A stretch of 64,000 nt of DNA from Camelus ferus (lineage: Eukaryota), in contig NC_045697.1 in NCBI RefSeq assembly GCF_009834535.1, positions 39,992,001-40,056,000 on the forward strand, given 5' to 3'. The notes beneath the pieces are model-generated. The model worked only from the letters and a program-made list of their open reading frames with translations, was not told the DNA's origin and did not search any database. Position numbers and translations under genes: made by a program. The first letter of the stretch is position 1. Each line of letters opens with the position of its first letter. Below are positions 49,985-63,224 of the stretch, piece after piece.

Positions 49985-50800
49985 CCAGTGCGCGGACACT
50001 CCCACTGAACACCACGGACCGTGATGCTTGGCCCCAGGCGGCAAATACAGCTGCTCCCCGGTGTTCCGGGTTTCCATCTCCCCGACAAGGTACACCTCCA
50101 GCAGCCTGGTGCCAGAGCTCCACAGGCAGAGATGGGGAAAGTGGTGGGCGGCGCTCCCCTCGCTCTGGGGGTGGGGGAGGGGTACAGAGCTGAGTCCCAG
50201 GATCCCACGCCACGCGCATCTCCCCGCCCCGCGCATCTCCCCGCCCCCGCATCGCCCGCCCTGCTCATCCCCTGCCCCACCCCCGCCGCGCGCCCTGGGC
50301 CCGCGACCCGGCTCCACTGGTCTGGCGGCTGCGCCTCTGGAGGGCCTGGCGGAGACCCTACCTCGCTGCGCCTGAAAACAGGTCCAAAAAGCTAGTTGCC
50401 CTTCCCGTCCCCCTTTCTCGTTTATTTTCTTCTCATTCCTTCCTTCGTCCCTTCCTTTTCCCCCACGGCGGCCGGGCCGGACCGGGGCAGAAACTCGCCT
50501 CAGACACCAAAGCGAGAGAAGCGCCCGCCGAGCCGTTCGCCCGCCCGCCCCGCCTCCTCCTGGCCTTTCCTTCTTCTGCGCGCCCAGTTGGGCTTGGCGG
50601 AACTGGCCTTTACATCCCAACGTCCACAAGTTTTTGGAGGCCGACTGTCTTTGGGAAGCGAACGTGACCGTTGGCGGCCAGGAGGCGCTCTTCTGCCTGG
50701 GGAGATTCCTGGAGAGGAGAGCAGATGAGAGCTGTCCCCTAGCAGGGTCCCCGCAGCCAAAGGGATACTGTGGTTCCTTCGGTCCTGGGAGGTAGGTTCT
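49985..50800. promoter_or_regulatory. ABCG2: CpG island, probable upstream ABCG2 promoter
   Basis: GC/CpG-rich with tandem GC boxes; ABCG2 is the co-oriented gene downstream of PPM1K in mammalian synteny; no ABCG2 coding exon is in the window. Confidence 0.6.
50560..50791 (+). other. ABCG2: Putative non-coding ABCG2 upstream first exon (start approximate)
   Basis: Donor GAG|GTAGGT at 50791/50792 at the island's 3' edge; assignment by synteny and recalled similarity to a bovine upstream exon. Confidence 0.5.
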
Positions 50801-51599
50801 GGGCAGCACTACACAGTATCCACTTAAGTATCAACTCCATTTCGCAGATAAGACTGAAAAAATGGAGGGATTTGTCTGAGATCCTATAGGCGTTTCCGTC
50901 CAGCTCAAACCCTCAATCCCAGGAATGGCCTGTTAGTATCTGTTGCTAAAATGTGCGGCCTTGGTGGCCACGTGTGTCTCACGGGACACTTTTGCTATTT
51001 GGACGACAGGATCCTGAATAAGAGTCAATCCTTAGTCCACAACCAATCAGATTCTCTCTTTAAAAATCTATATTAATAAGAAATGGCTGGGCTCTATAGC
51101 TCTATGATGGGAAGAGCTAGGTTTGAGAGATGGTGTCAACTGGAGTGACCATTTCTGGATAAGGTGCACACTGTTGACTTTGCAGGGAGGAGACACTTCT
51201 CCAGGGAGAAGTAGAGGGAAGAACTGCCTTCGTCCCAGCAGTCTCAATTCAAATCCATGGCTAGTTTAAGAGGATTTCTTTACAGACCCAAACTCTAGCA
51301 AGTAACAAAGTACAAAAAGCAGCTTCATGAGGGTGCTGGCTGGGGATTCAAATCCAGCCCTACTTCATCCCAAAGTTAATTATTTTCCAGTGCAAAAGTC
51401 AGGTAAGGTTAGTAAGTACTTATACATTAATAATTAGGTGGAAAAAAATTCCAGAAGGACCCTGAGAACGCTGCAGCTGTTCATTAGAAACCAGGAAGAA
51501 CTGAATAATTTAAAAATGTGTCAGGGAAGAAGGAGAGGACATAGTAAAGGCATAGCAAGACTAAGACCACGACCAAGACAAAAGGTAACTAAACTCAGA

Positions 51600-52790
51600 C
51601 CACATTCTTGACTGTATTTGAGGCTCCTGCTTGCCCATGTCTCATTTATTGCATTCCACTGCTTGACTCCACCACATCAGTGAAACATCTCTCCCAGAGG
51701 CCCATAGTGGCCTCCTATTGGATAAGTATAGTTATTCTTTTTAGTTTTTATCTTATTTGACATCTCTTCTACACTCAGCATTCCTGGCTAATTCTCTCCC
51801 ATTGAAATAGTCTCCTCTTTTAAGGGTTTCCTGCCACCACTTTTCTGTTTTTCCGTCTAAATATCCAGCAACTGCTTCTTAGTCTCCTGCCCTTTGATTG
51901 GTGGTGTTCCCAGGTATACCATCAACCCTCTTCTCACTGTGTACTCTCCTTGTGCGAGCCCATACATTCTCGTGACTCCACCCATCACCTGCATGCTAAT
52001 AACAACTGTACTCCCAGCCCAGATTTCTCTCCTGAGCGCCACACTCAACTCTCCAGACATGGACTGGAAATGTCTGTTCAGAGTTCCTGTAGGCAACAAG
52101 TCAACATATCCAAAATGGAATTCCCACCCAAACCAGTCCTTCTAGTCTGCCCATCTTGTTGAAAGGCAGTGTCTCCCACTCAGACAGACCCCTTTCCTCC
52201 TTCGCAGCTGTAATTTTCTCCTCTGCTCTATCCTCACTGGTGTTTCCCTAGATCCAATGAACACGATGGTTTCCCAACTCATTTCCCTGCCTTCAGGGTC
52301 ACCCCTCGTCCATTCTCCACATGGTGATCACCACACACTCATGTATGCATTCTTTCAGTCTCACCTCCTAGATAAAGTAAAACTTTAGCATTGCACAAGA
52401 GAACCTTGGTCCATTCCCTGCCACAACTCCAGTGTAATTTTTTCTACTTCTGATCTTTCTTCTTAAGCTTTATCCCAGTTGATGTATGTTTTCCTCTCTC
52501 CCTGTAACACACTGCCCCACTTCTTTCCAGGTGAACTTCAAAGCTCAGATGTTATTTTCCATGGAATGTTTATTCTGATGCTCCTCCAGTCTAAAAGTCT
52601 CCCTTTTAATCCTAAGTCATTCAATACTTACTTTTATACTAACACTTACTACCCTACAGCATAACTGTTTGTTTCCCCCACTTCTTCATCTTTAGACTGT
52701 GAATTCCTCGAGGGCAGGGACTAGGTCTTTTTGATAGATAATCCTAACAGCACAGTGGGCGTTCAGTAAAGTTTGGAATGCATGAATGAC
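51600..52790 (+). mobile_element. LINE-2 fragments
   Basis: ccagcccagatttctctcctgagc; tagactgtgaattcctcgagggcagggac; terminal gaatgcatgaatga. Confidence 0.65.
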
Positions 52791-53739
52791 ATCCTTAAAA
52801 TAGAGAAGTTATTATCGCATTCCCGAGTCTTATCTTAACACTTGACAGTACAGCCTTCCAAAATGATGAATCATGGAAAGAGTTAAAATCGCAGTGTTAC
52901 TAAAGGAATTGAAACTCTCAGATTTCTTCAATTACAAAGTGGCTAGGTGGACCCAGCACCTGTAAGATCCTGTTCAGTTGGTTCTAGCAAGTTAGGCTCA
53001 TACAGCTGAGAAAGTATGACAGTGGTGCTTGAGATAAGAAACAATGGATAATGTTGTAAGATCCAAGTCTAATGATCTTCATAGGTCCTGCCAAGAACAT
53101 CTTTACTTTGTGCTATTTCTCTGATGCTAAACGTTACTTTTAAGGATCAAAGAGAAGTGAGAGGCTTGTCTACGGCCAAAGCCTAAAGCCAGGTTCATCA
53201 GAGAGAATCCCTGACCCAAAGTTCCAATTCATAAAGTCAGAGAAGAGTAGCATCAGGTTTACTAACAGTAAAAGCTCTTGTTTTCAAGATCACGCAGTTT
53301 GTTAGATGTCAAAGCAGGAATTGTCCCAAGCTGTACCCCATAGGCCACTGTGCAGTTTTTGAGGACAGAAGCCCAGGTGGTTTTACACACCCGCATGCAT
53401 ACACGCATGCATGCACGCATGCACACATGCACACAGCACCTGTCACAATCCTGCCACAGGGCACTGAGCTTGTCGGATAAACGAAGGGAGGAGTGAATGT
53501 GCTGAGGATGGTGTAGATGAGAGGGAGGGGCACTGCCTTTTCTCCAAAGATGGAAAGCTTTAGAATTTCTTGGGGAAATAATTACTTCAAAAATACACTT
53601 TATCAAAATAAAGGCAAAAAAATGTTTTAGATGTCAGAAAGATCTATGTTAAGTTGCTGAATCATCTGTCACTGTTTCAGAGGATGATGAAAACTTAACC
53701 TTCTGAAATGTTGACATGTCTGCCTAAGAGGCGTCGGGG

Positions 53740-53935
53740 CAGAGTGCTCGGCGTGTGGAAGGTGGAGTTGCCTGAATCCTGCCCTCCTTACCTGAACCAC
53801 TGAGCAAGTTATTCCACCCAGTTATTTAACAAATGACTCAGTTTCATCGTTTGTAAAATGGGGATGATAATACCACCTAGGATTGTTGAGAGACATAAAT
53901 AGCTAATACACAACTTACAAACTGTACAAAGTAGT
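53740..53935 (+). mobile_element. MIR
   Basis: ctcagtttcatcgtttgtaaaatggggatgataataccaccta. Confidence 0.65.
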
Positions 53936-54312
53936 ATATTCTTTTTCCTGCCACTAATTCCTGTCTCTCTAGGTGTCATTTTTCTTTTCAGTAAATGTTT
54001 TCTCTCTCTTTTTTCCCCTCCCACTACCTTTCTACTGTTTTTCTTCTTTTTACTATCTCTCTCCCTGCCTGACTGCATTTCTTCTTCTTCTCATATTTCT
54101 CCCTCACTCACTTAAACAATGACTGATGTCTATGAATGTTAGTAAATTTATAGCATAAGAAACTTAATAATAATTATTAAAACCCTAATTTCTTTTCTCC
54201 AAGCTAATTTCTGATCTCTGCCATGTTCATGAATACTTTCTTATATTTAAAAATCAGTGAATGCATTCTGTTGTTTTAGTTCTGATTTTATTCACCTAAT
54301 ATAACTTTATAC

Positions 54313-54918
54313 TGAAGGGGGTCAGAATATACCCCTCTCCCTGCCCCAAATATCCCCCTTTGACATAAGGAAGATTTTGAACTGTAGGCAACTGCAAATC
54401 AACAGATGCAGAAAGAAGCCATCTCAGTGCTTCCCTTATCTGACTAAGAGCAGAAACTTCTGAGAAATAAGGCTGTCATAAATTTCCTCTTCAGGATGGG
54501 TTTACTCCTAGGAGAGGGGTCAAAAGTAAACTTATGATAATCCTGCCTCTGGGAGTTTCATGGCCGTGAAGAAGATGGGAAAGACCACTTGTACACTCAG
54601 AAACAAGTATTATCACAATCTTTCTTATCTCATTTGTTCTCCTAAAAATCCATTTATCTTTCCTAGAGAAACTTTCTTCTTCTTTCCGGATAAGGCTTTT
54701 CTCCATCTCCCTTTTTTCCCCTACTAAATTAGGTAGATTAAAAAACAAAAGCTATAAATTAGGTAGATAAGCCTCTAACTTTAACTAGTTAGCTACTAGC
54801 TACCTCCTTATGAATAAGGCTTTTTTCTCCTGTTAATTTGTCTTTTGTCAGTTAAATTCACAGGTCCACATTAACTCAACCTCAGAGGGTAGAACAAAAA
54901 TTTTTTCCTCCCCAGACA
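54313..54918 (+). mobile_element. MER34-like solo LTR
   Basis: tgaagggggtcagaatat...ttgacataaggaagattttgaactg...tcttttgtcagtta...agagggtagaacaaaaattttttcctccccagaca. Confidence 0.7.
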
Positions 54919-56769
54919 GTTCATATGCCATGTATCAATGTAGCCCACACACTTATTAATTTTTATGACTATGGTATCACATACCACCATTTGTCACATT
55001 CCCCTTTTGTGGGGCACTTTGGTTGTGTCTGATTTTTAATACTTTTAAGTATCTCCTTGCTTTATGACACTTTCCCTTGCCTTCCCTGTTACATAAGCTA
55101 TACAAACATACAAATGCATAATTATGTAAATATATACAATTTGCTGCATTTGTTGTCAGGATCTTCAGCCTTATGGAAAAAAATGGAAAACCAGGCATTG
55201 CTGTCCTCCTGAGAGTCTCTCTTTTCTATGGAGCTGACCAAGGCACCAGTCACAAACGATTGTACCTGGATTTCTTGAAGTCTAAACATTTATTAATAGC
55301 CATACAAATGTGCGAGGCAATAAAGAAAGATGGGGCTGGTCTTCCCAGTAAAAATGGTTGCTTTAATTTGGGCTTCCCACTCCTAGAGCTTCCTGTGTCA
55401 CTAGTTCAGTACATAACAAGTATGAAGAGTTCACAAGGAAAATCTGTCACTGTTGTGGTGTTTGGCTTTTAAAATTCAAAAACAGCCATGGAAGCAGATT
55501 TGGAATTTCATATTCCACCACAAGTGTGATTTTATTCTAAGTAATGTTCATAGGCTCAGTTTATAGTATCATTTGGTTTATAGGTGCTGATTATAAACCT
55601 TGGTTGAATGATTACCATGTGAACAGCACCAAACTATGGGACTGCAAAAGCCTAAGATGTGGCCCTTCACTCTGAGACATTTATAATACAACTGGCAAAG
55701 TGATAAATCCAAACTACGAATGCTGAGGGATTTATAAATAATCGTTGTGAGTCTTGGTACTAAGATATGGAACATAGACTTTTGACTCTTTGTAAACGAT
55801 CGCTAAGCCTTCAGTTGGCTTCTAAACCTAAAAGAAAATTTGGAGCAACTTTTCCATAACTTGGAACATAGGAATAGATTATCATAAATTTTCATGGATT
55901 CATTGTAGAGAATTCTGAAGATTTCCTTATAAATCATCACAGGATGGAAAAGAAAACAAGTTTGGGATAATATCAAAGGCCCTTCAATCAGTTTTCAAAT
56001 GGCTAAGCTAAGAAGTGCTCTCTGTTAGTGCCTCTCAGAGCACTGAGGGATGGTGAAAGCCAGGGGAAGAACAGGTGGCAAAATATTTGCCTGGGGACCA
56101 CCTTCCCAACCTCCCAGCCTTGTTAATTTGGGTTGGCTTCCTCCCCACTTCCATGCTGCCGATTCTGATAAAAGTCTTCTTTGGCTAACAGACTTCACTG
56201 CTCTTTGAAGTAGGGGATGAAGCTGGCTGTTTGAAACCTTTCTCGCTTCCCTGTTCCAATGAGTTTAATATCTGCTCAAACAGGACTGGGGATTAAATTC
56301 CATCTACATTCTTAGGGATATAAGAAAGATAAAGGAGGTCCCCAAGAATTAATAGACATGCTACAACTCTTCACTTTGGCACAGAGCTTCCCTTATAAGA
56401 AATAAGGGATCTTCACTGGTTCTTTCTCTTTTTAAAGACGAAGCTGGGGATTTCACAGAAGTTCCTGGGAATGGTTGGTTTATTCCTAGTTGTTTAAAAA
56501 AAAAAATTCCAGGGTAGGATAATCTGCATTGTTAGATAGTGTACCTAAGTCAGTAGAAGAGCTTTCATTTAAAACCTTCCTTCCCATAAGTTTTATCTAA
56601 TTTACTAGCTTTGAACCAGAGGTTTTAAAACCTTGTTTCATAGAACCTGAGAGGTCCTCACACATTTTATTCTGACTTTTTGTTTGTGAGATTGGTGGAT
56701 ATCTTTGATTTTAAAAATATGCAAAAAATACATGAATATATTCTTGTGAAAATTTGTGAATTGATTAAT

Positions 56770-57310
56770 ACACTTTATCAAGTACCTACTGGTACACCAG
56801 GCACAGTTACAGGTGCTAAGGCTATAGCAATGAAAAAAGCAAATAAAAAATTCATGCCCTCATAGAGCTTATATTCTAGTAGAAAGAGAAAAACAGGCAT
56901 AGTAAATAAGGAAATTGCATAATACGTTAGAAGGTGATAAGTGCTGTCAACAAAGGTAAGATGTGGCAGATCACGAATACTAGTAGGAGGAACTGCAATT
57001 TTAAGTTGGGAAGTCAGGGTAGGCCTCACCAGAAAACTTGAAGGAAGTGAAAGAATGAGTCAAATAGATTAAAAAAAAAAAATAGAGGAAGAACTTTCTA
57101 GGCAAAAGGAGCATTTAGGGCATAGGCTGTGAGGTGGGTCAATGTGTGTCTGTTTGAGGTGTAACGAGGAGATAGGTCTGGCTGCATTACAGTTGGTAAG
57201 GGGAAAATGAGACCAGAGAAGTAGATGGGGGGGGGGTATAGATTGTAAAGGTTTGGCTTTTACTCTGAGAGAAGCAGGAAAAGAGATTGGTATGTGCTGG
57301 GACGTCTTTA
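56770..57310 (-). mobile_element. LINE-2 fragment
   Basis: tttatcaagtacctact...catgccctcatagagcttatattctagt...gtcagggtaggcctca. Confidence 0.65.
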
Positions 57311-57689
57311 AACAACAGAGATGAGTATTTTTCACAAAGTATCCCCACCTCCTAATCCCACACTTCCTAGACATTGTTGTCATTTTGGGTCATATCTTTC
57401 CAAAGATTTTTGTATGTGATTACATACATAGATGTGTACGTATAAAAATGCATAGTTTTGTGAGGGTGTGTGTGTGTCTGTCTATGCATTTAAACATAAA
57501 TGAACTTAAATGCCCTGTGTTAATAAGCAACTTGCTTTTTATAATTAATATGTCTTGGAGATCTTTCGTTGTCAAGACAGTATGTATATTTCTATCTCAT
57601 TCTTTTTAACTATTGCATGATATTCCATTGTATCCATATGCTACATTTTATTTAATCATACGCTATTGGTAAATATTTAGGTTCTAATT

Positions 57690-57767
57690 TCCTTCATTCC
57701 TTCCTTCCTTCCTCCATCCCTCTCTCCCTTCCTCCCTTCCTTCCTTTTCTTTCCTTTTTTCCTTTCT
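57690..57767. repeat. (TTCC)n-like polypyrimidine repeat
   Basis: Direct read. Confidence 0.85.
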
Positions 57768-59074
57768 ACATTAAAGTACAATTGTCTTATTGCTTTTAGT
57801 AACATAAAATTACATGTCACATGAAACATGAAACATAGGAAGAGATTTGAAAATTAAAATTTGTGTTACCTTCTGTCAAAAAAAGCAGTATGTTTCCTAA
57901 ATTGGATTCACTTGGATTTGCCTCAGTGGAAAAGGGGCTTCAGTTACTTGTTAAGCAAGGACTTATCTAATGTTTATTGTTCTGGGACAAATTGAATCCT
58001 GAGAGCTTGAGCCCAGTTAGTGAGCCCTTCGCAAAGCTCAGAGTTCACTAAATCCTTAGGCAAGTTGACCATCTTTAGAAAGTGAGGTCCACTCCACAGT
58101 CCACTCCTTCTGTGCTGGGCTCTCTCTTCTCCACCTACCTCAGCCCACACCAACACGGCATTCAGCCGGCTCTGTGCTTAGCTTGTGTGTGTCAATCTTG
58201 TCCACCCAGCCTTGATGTCAGCCCCTGGAGGACAGGGACTGTGTCTTATATTCCTTTTACTCCCCTAGGTGTCTAGCTGATCCCTAGAATCATGGTTATT
58301 TATTTTTAATATATGTTTTAATTATCCTTAAAATTATATTTACCGAGTATGTTTTATTTGGTTTAGAAGAAACCTTGGGATAAAATTTCAGCCATCTCTG
58401 TGGATATATCGGCACTTCTTTTAAGTTTGGCATTTTGCACTCGTCTGTTTTTTAGCTCCAGCTCGTGTTTATATACAGACAACTGCACTGCTAGCATAGT
58501 ACACACAGGCCTTGCTCGGTTAGATACCAGGCAGGACACGGATACCTCTGCTTTGCCCAGGCTTACGTCACAGCAAAATGGTCAACTGTACAGTAACTAG
58601 AAAATTATCACACAGGATCACAGTAGTATCATGTAAATAACTTCACACTTATTCATGATGAAGAATGAGATGAGATTTGAATCCTCGCTGGTACCCAGTG
58701 GGTGTCAATCAATGCTCATTCCTCTTCTCTCCCTTCAAAAGGAAACAATTAGTCGTATGAATTTAAAAAGGAGAACACAGTTAAAGAAGTTCATATATAT
58801 CCACAGAGATGGCAGACATTTTATTTCAAGGTTTCTTCTAAACCTTTTTGCCAGCTGGAATGAAGAGTAATCTCACACATACTTCAAATGTGCGAAGATT
58901 TGTTGTGTTGTATGATTAAAATGCAAATTTATTTAAAAGAGCTACCTGTTATCTTGTTATTATATATTTTCTCTTCAGGAGACTTAAAGTACACCCACTA
59001 CCATGAGGGAGGAGGAATCCCATCCAAATTAAAAAGTGATCTTCACATTAAAAAAAAACCCTGGGAGTTCTTTC

Positions 59075-59240
59075 TTAATGATTAGAGTTTCTGTTCGGGG
59101 TGACGAAAAATTTTTGGAAATGGATACTGGTGATGGTTTTGTAACATTGTGAATGTAATTAATGCCATTGAATCAGACACTTAAAAACGGCTAAAAAGGC
59201 AAATTTTATGTTATATGTATTTTACCGCAATAAAAAAAAT
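59075..59240 (+). mobile_element. L1MB-like 3' terminus
   Basis: agagtttctgttcggggtgacgaaaaa...gtgaatgtaattaatgccattgaa...aattttatgttatatgtattttaccgcaataaaa. Confidence 0.8.
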
Positions 59241-60469
59241 GGTAAAAATAAATGGATGGAATTTCTTAACAGTGTCAAAATTTTTTAAACTTTCATTTCA
59301 ATATATATTTATTGAATGCCTGATCTGTGCGTAGGTATGCACAGTAGAGAGGAAGAAATCAGGACAGTGGCTTGACTATAAAGCAAGGCAGGTTCAGTCA
59401 TCGGCGTTTCACGTATCTCATGATATTACCATGCCAGCTCTGTAAGGAAGGCATTATTGTTACCACCACTTTATGTTGGGAGGCTTGGATGAAAAACTTG
59501 TCAAGGCTGGTAAAGCGTGGAGCCAGAAGCTCTTAGTAAATGTCATGTTTTGCCACTTGACATCCTTCATGTTTTCAGAATATGAAATGGCTATTTAATA
59601 CAGCCTTAACTTCCTGTTATACTTTGGTTTAGAAAGGAGAACATTAGAAGGATAGCATGTTCCAAATATAGTCCTCTCCTCTTCCTGTCTCTTGTGGGCT
59701 TTTGCACTGAAACCTGACACTGTCTGTGCTTGGTTTCTTTCACTTCCTTTCCAAATCTGTGTTATCTTCCTGCTTGTACTTTTTTGCTAGAAGGCAGAGC
59801 TTGTGAAAGGAGACCCCTGTTATATCAGATCGAGCAAGACAGGAAGTTTACACAGAGCAAAACTATTTGCTAGAATTGGTTTTGATCCTTACGAAAGTTG
59901 TCGTTAGTGTCGGAGATGCTGCCATCAGGATTCTGTTGCACAAAGAGAAAGATATAAAAATATCTCTCTCACACGTGAATTTCTTCCTTTTCCCATCCCC
60001 TTGCCAGGAACGCTGGAAAAGGATCCCAGGCTGATTGGAGGCGTTAGGCTGTCAGTTTGAATCCCAGTGATCGAGAAGGAAATGTGGATATTAACCCGCT
60101 AATGGTGGAGGGAAAAGGAACTCGAGGAAATAAACGAGAACTGGACCTTTCCCCAAGGCTAGCTTGTTCTGATAGTTGCAGGACCTGGCCTAGGGCTAAG
60201 TTTCCTCTCTGATCCTTCTCTTGCACCTGGAGTGCTGGCCGGAAGGGAAGCTCCTGGACTTTAATAGACATGGATCTTGGTTGAAGTCTCTATGACAAAG
60301 CCTACAGCTATCGAAATCTCCTTGTCACCACTGCCTCTCCACCAGGGTTTGGGCTGCTTTCTTTCCAACTTCACAGATCATAATTGAGGTGAGTTGCTTG
60401 TTTTTGTTATTTTCAAAGTGTTCATACTGAGTAGAAAATCTTGATTCTTTACTGGTATGTGCTGTAACA

Positions 60470-60627
60470 AGTAACCCAGACTCATACTTTAAATATGAAT
60501 CGCCTGGAGATCTTGTTAAAAAGCAGCAGAATTCAGTAGGTCTGGAGTGGGCCTGAGATTCTGCATTGACACATTCCCAGGTGACCTCAGCGCTGCTGGT
60601 CCATGAACCATGACTTGAGTAACAAGG
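60470..60627. mobile_element. MER5A-like DNA transposon
   Basis: gaatcgcctggagatcttgttaaaa...attcagtaggtctggagtgggcctgagattctgcatt. Confidence 0.75.
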
Positions 60628-61720
60628 GCAAAAACCCTCTAGGTTTTTGGCTTTGGCAGGGGAAGGGGTTGGGAGATGGTGGCAGAATGACAGTATCTGG
60701 CTGAGCACATGTTTTATGTAGAGCAGCCTGCGAGGAAAATTTGACACCATCTGTGCCCTGGTTTTACCTCTTTGATGGACTATCGCAAAATTTCGGGGCT
60801 TGTGTTAAGTAGTTCCTGGATGTGGTAAACCACATCACCCCAAACGAGAGGGGATGCTGGGCCACTCCTTGGATTGCATGGGCTTCTTTGAGCAGAGCCA
60901 GAAATATTTTTGTAATTTGGGGGATTCAGTGTCCATATCATGCCTCAGCTGGAGTAGCTAGTGGTCACTTGAACATTTCTGCTTCAAATGAAAATTATGC
61001 ATCTAGAAAAATAACTGATGTCTTCCTCCTACCATTTGGAGGTGAAGATTATAAGGCTTATGAATCTATGACATGATTTAAAGTCAGTTCGAGTAAAGAA
61101 CATAATTAATACGTTTTTATCTCCTTGTGAGAGGCCTCAGAGTGTTCCTCTTTAAGCTGAGTAGCTCCCTGTCCTAAATGATACCTGTTTATCTGAAAGT
61201 CACTTTTAATCCAAAAGCGATAACCAAGAGAGAAAAGAGGAAAGAAGGGAGAGTGGGGACCAGGGAAGTCACAGCTTTGCACAATGAATGAAAGAAACCC
61301 CACCCTGAAAGTAGAATTCTTTCCCCCACATTTGTCGGAGTTTTTCTAGTGTAGTAGTTTGTGTCTTCCTCAGCTAGAGAAATATGCTCGAGACAGAATA
61401 GGAAAATTTAAAATTATGTTGTTTTAATGAACATACTGAAACTATTTGGCATTAAGAACAATTAGTAGAATGAAAGGTCAGAGATGTGGACAGGTCCAGT
61501 ATGAACCCATTATATCATCCCAGGCAGAGGGGAGTTGCTTCTGCTTAAAATAAGCTTTAAATAACATTCCTTGCTATTATGGAATATAACAGAGGTGTTA
61601 CTTAAAAATTTAACAACCTATGTGGCACAAACAGTGACCAATCAGAACAGAAGCTACTGTAGACAGCAAACCACTGACAGGCAGTAAGAAGTGCATGGGG
61701 CTGAATATCAGCCTATTTTC

Positions 61721-62506
61721 TTTTCTTTTTTTTGTTTTTTTTTTTCTTTCTTTCTTTTTTTTATTGAGTTATAAGCAGTTTATAATGTTGTGTCATTTTC
61801 TGATGTACAGCACAATTTTTCAGTCATACATGAATATACATATATTCATTTTCACATTCTTTTTCACTGTGAGCTATTACAAGATCTTGAATATATTTCC
61901 CTGTGCTATACAGTATAAACTTGTTTATCTATTCTGTATATACCAGTCAGCATCTACAAATCTCAAACTCCTAGTCTGTCCCTCCCCACCCCTTCCTCCG
62001 GCAACCACAAGTCTGTATTCTATGTCTGTGTGTCTGTTTCTGTTTTATATTTAAGTTTGTTTTTCTTCTTCTTCTTCTTCTTTTTTTTTTTTGGATTTCA
62101 CATATGAGTGATATCATATGGTATTTTTCTTTCTCTTTCTGGGTTATTTCACTTAGAATGACATTCTCCAGGGGCATGCATCCATGTTGCTGCAAATGGC
62201 ATTTTGTTGTCATTTTTATGGCTGAATAGTATTCCATTGTATAAATATATCACAACTTCTTTATCCAGTCATCTATCAATGGACATTTAGGTTGTTTCCA
62301 TGTCTTGGCTATTGTAAATAGTGCTGCTATGAACATTGGGGTGCAGGTGTCTTTTTGAATTAGGGTTCTTTCTGGATATATACCTAGGAGTGGGATTACT
62401 GGGTCATATGGTAAGTGTATTTTTAGTCTTTTGAGGAATCTCCATACTGTTTTCCGCAATGGCTGCACCAAACTGCATTCCCACCAACAGTGTAGGAGGG
62501 TTCCCT
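61721..62506 (-). mobile_element. Young 5'-truncated L1 3' end with perfect 13-bp TSD
   Basis: ORF2 C-terminus [16 protein letters not shown]...CTPMFIAALFTIAKTWKQPKCP; TSD tcagcctattttc at 61708-61720 and 62507-62519; T-rich tail. Confidence 0.93.
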
Positions 62507-63224
62507 TCAGCCTATTTTCATTCACTCTTCCGGGGGGAGAAATTGTAAGGCAGCAGATGCGTTCAGAGACATGTAATCATATTGTTACCACTATCTGTCA
62601 GCTCTTTGGCCCCATTCTCTTAGATGAAGCCACTAACCTGTCTTTTCAAGCCTGGAGCCAACCCCTCATTCCAGCTGTGTACCTCCTGCAGTCTTCACTG
62701 AGGAAAGTAGCGTTCTCTTAAGACACTGCAAAATCCTATCCATGTCTTGAGTAGAAGGGAGAATGCATATGTTCTTTTGTAAAGAGTTACAGCAGAAAAT
62801 GAAACTTGATCACCAAGCTGTGCTTCCACATAAAGCATCGTCACATATATCATTCTGCCAGATTTTAAACAACCATCTCGGTAACAGGTCAAGGGGATTG
62901 TTATTTTAACCTGTCAGTGAAGAAACGGAGGCTCTGGTTAAGCAACTGGCGATAAGTCATGCAGCTGGTTAGTGGGTGTGCTGGGTTTGATCTCACCTTT
63001 CGGCTCCAAGTTCAGGTTTATCCTGTACTTTTCTTCATCCTCTCAAGGCCCATGACAAACTACATTGTTCCATACTAGGGTTTGTTTTCTTTTTATGTCA
63101 TAATCTGAAACCTTTGTGCATTACAAAAAATCCTATTTCTACTTTTTTTGTCAAAATTATTCACGTGTTTGTCATACGCTTTGTAACCATTAAAGCCTTT
63201 ACTCGTTAGGAATAAATGTTTTAG

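Noticed and set aside
49982..50809. 275-aa - strand ORF and overlapping ORFs
   Set aside because: GC-rich CpG island with few stops in all frames; low-complexity Arg/Gly/Pro translation; no recognisable domain
62250..62525. 91-aa ORF with Cys/His motifs
   Set aside because: It is the C-terminus of L1 ORF2 in a 5'-truncated insertion
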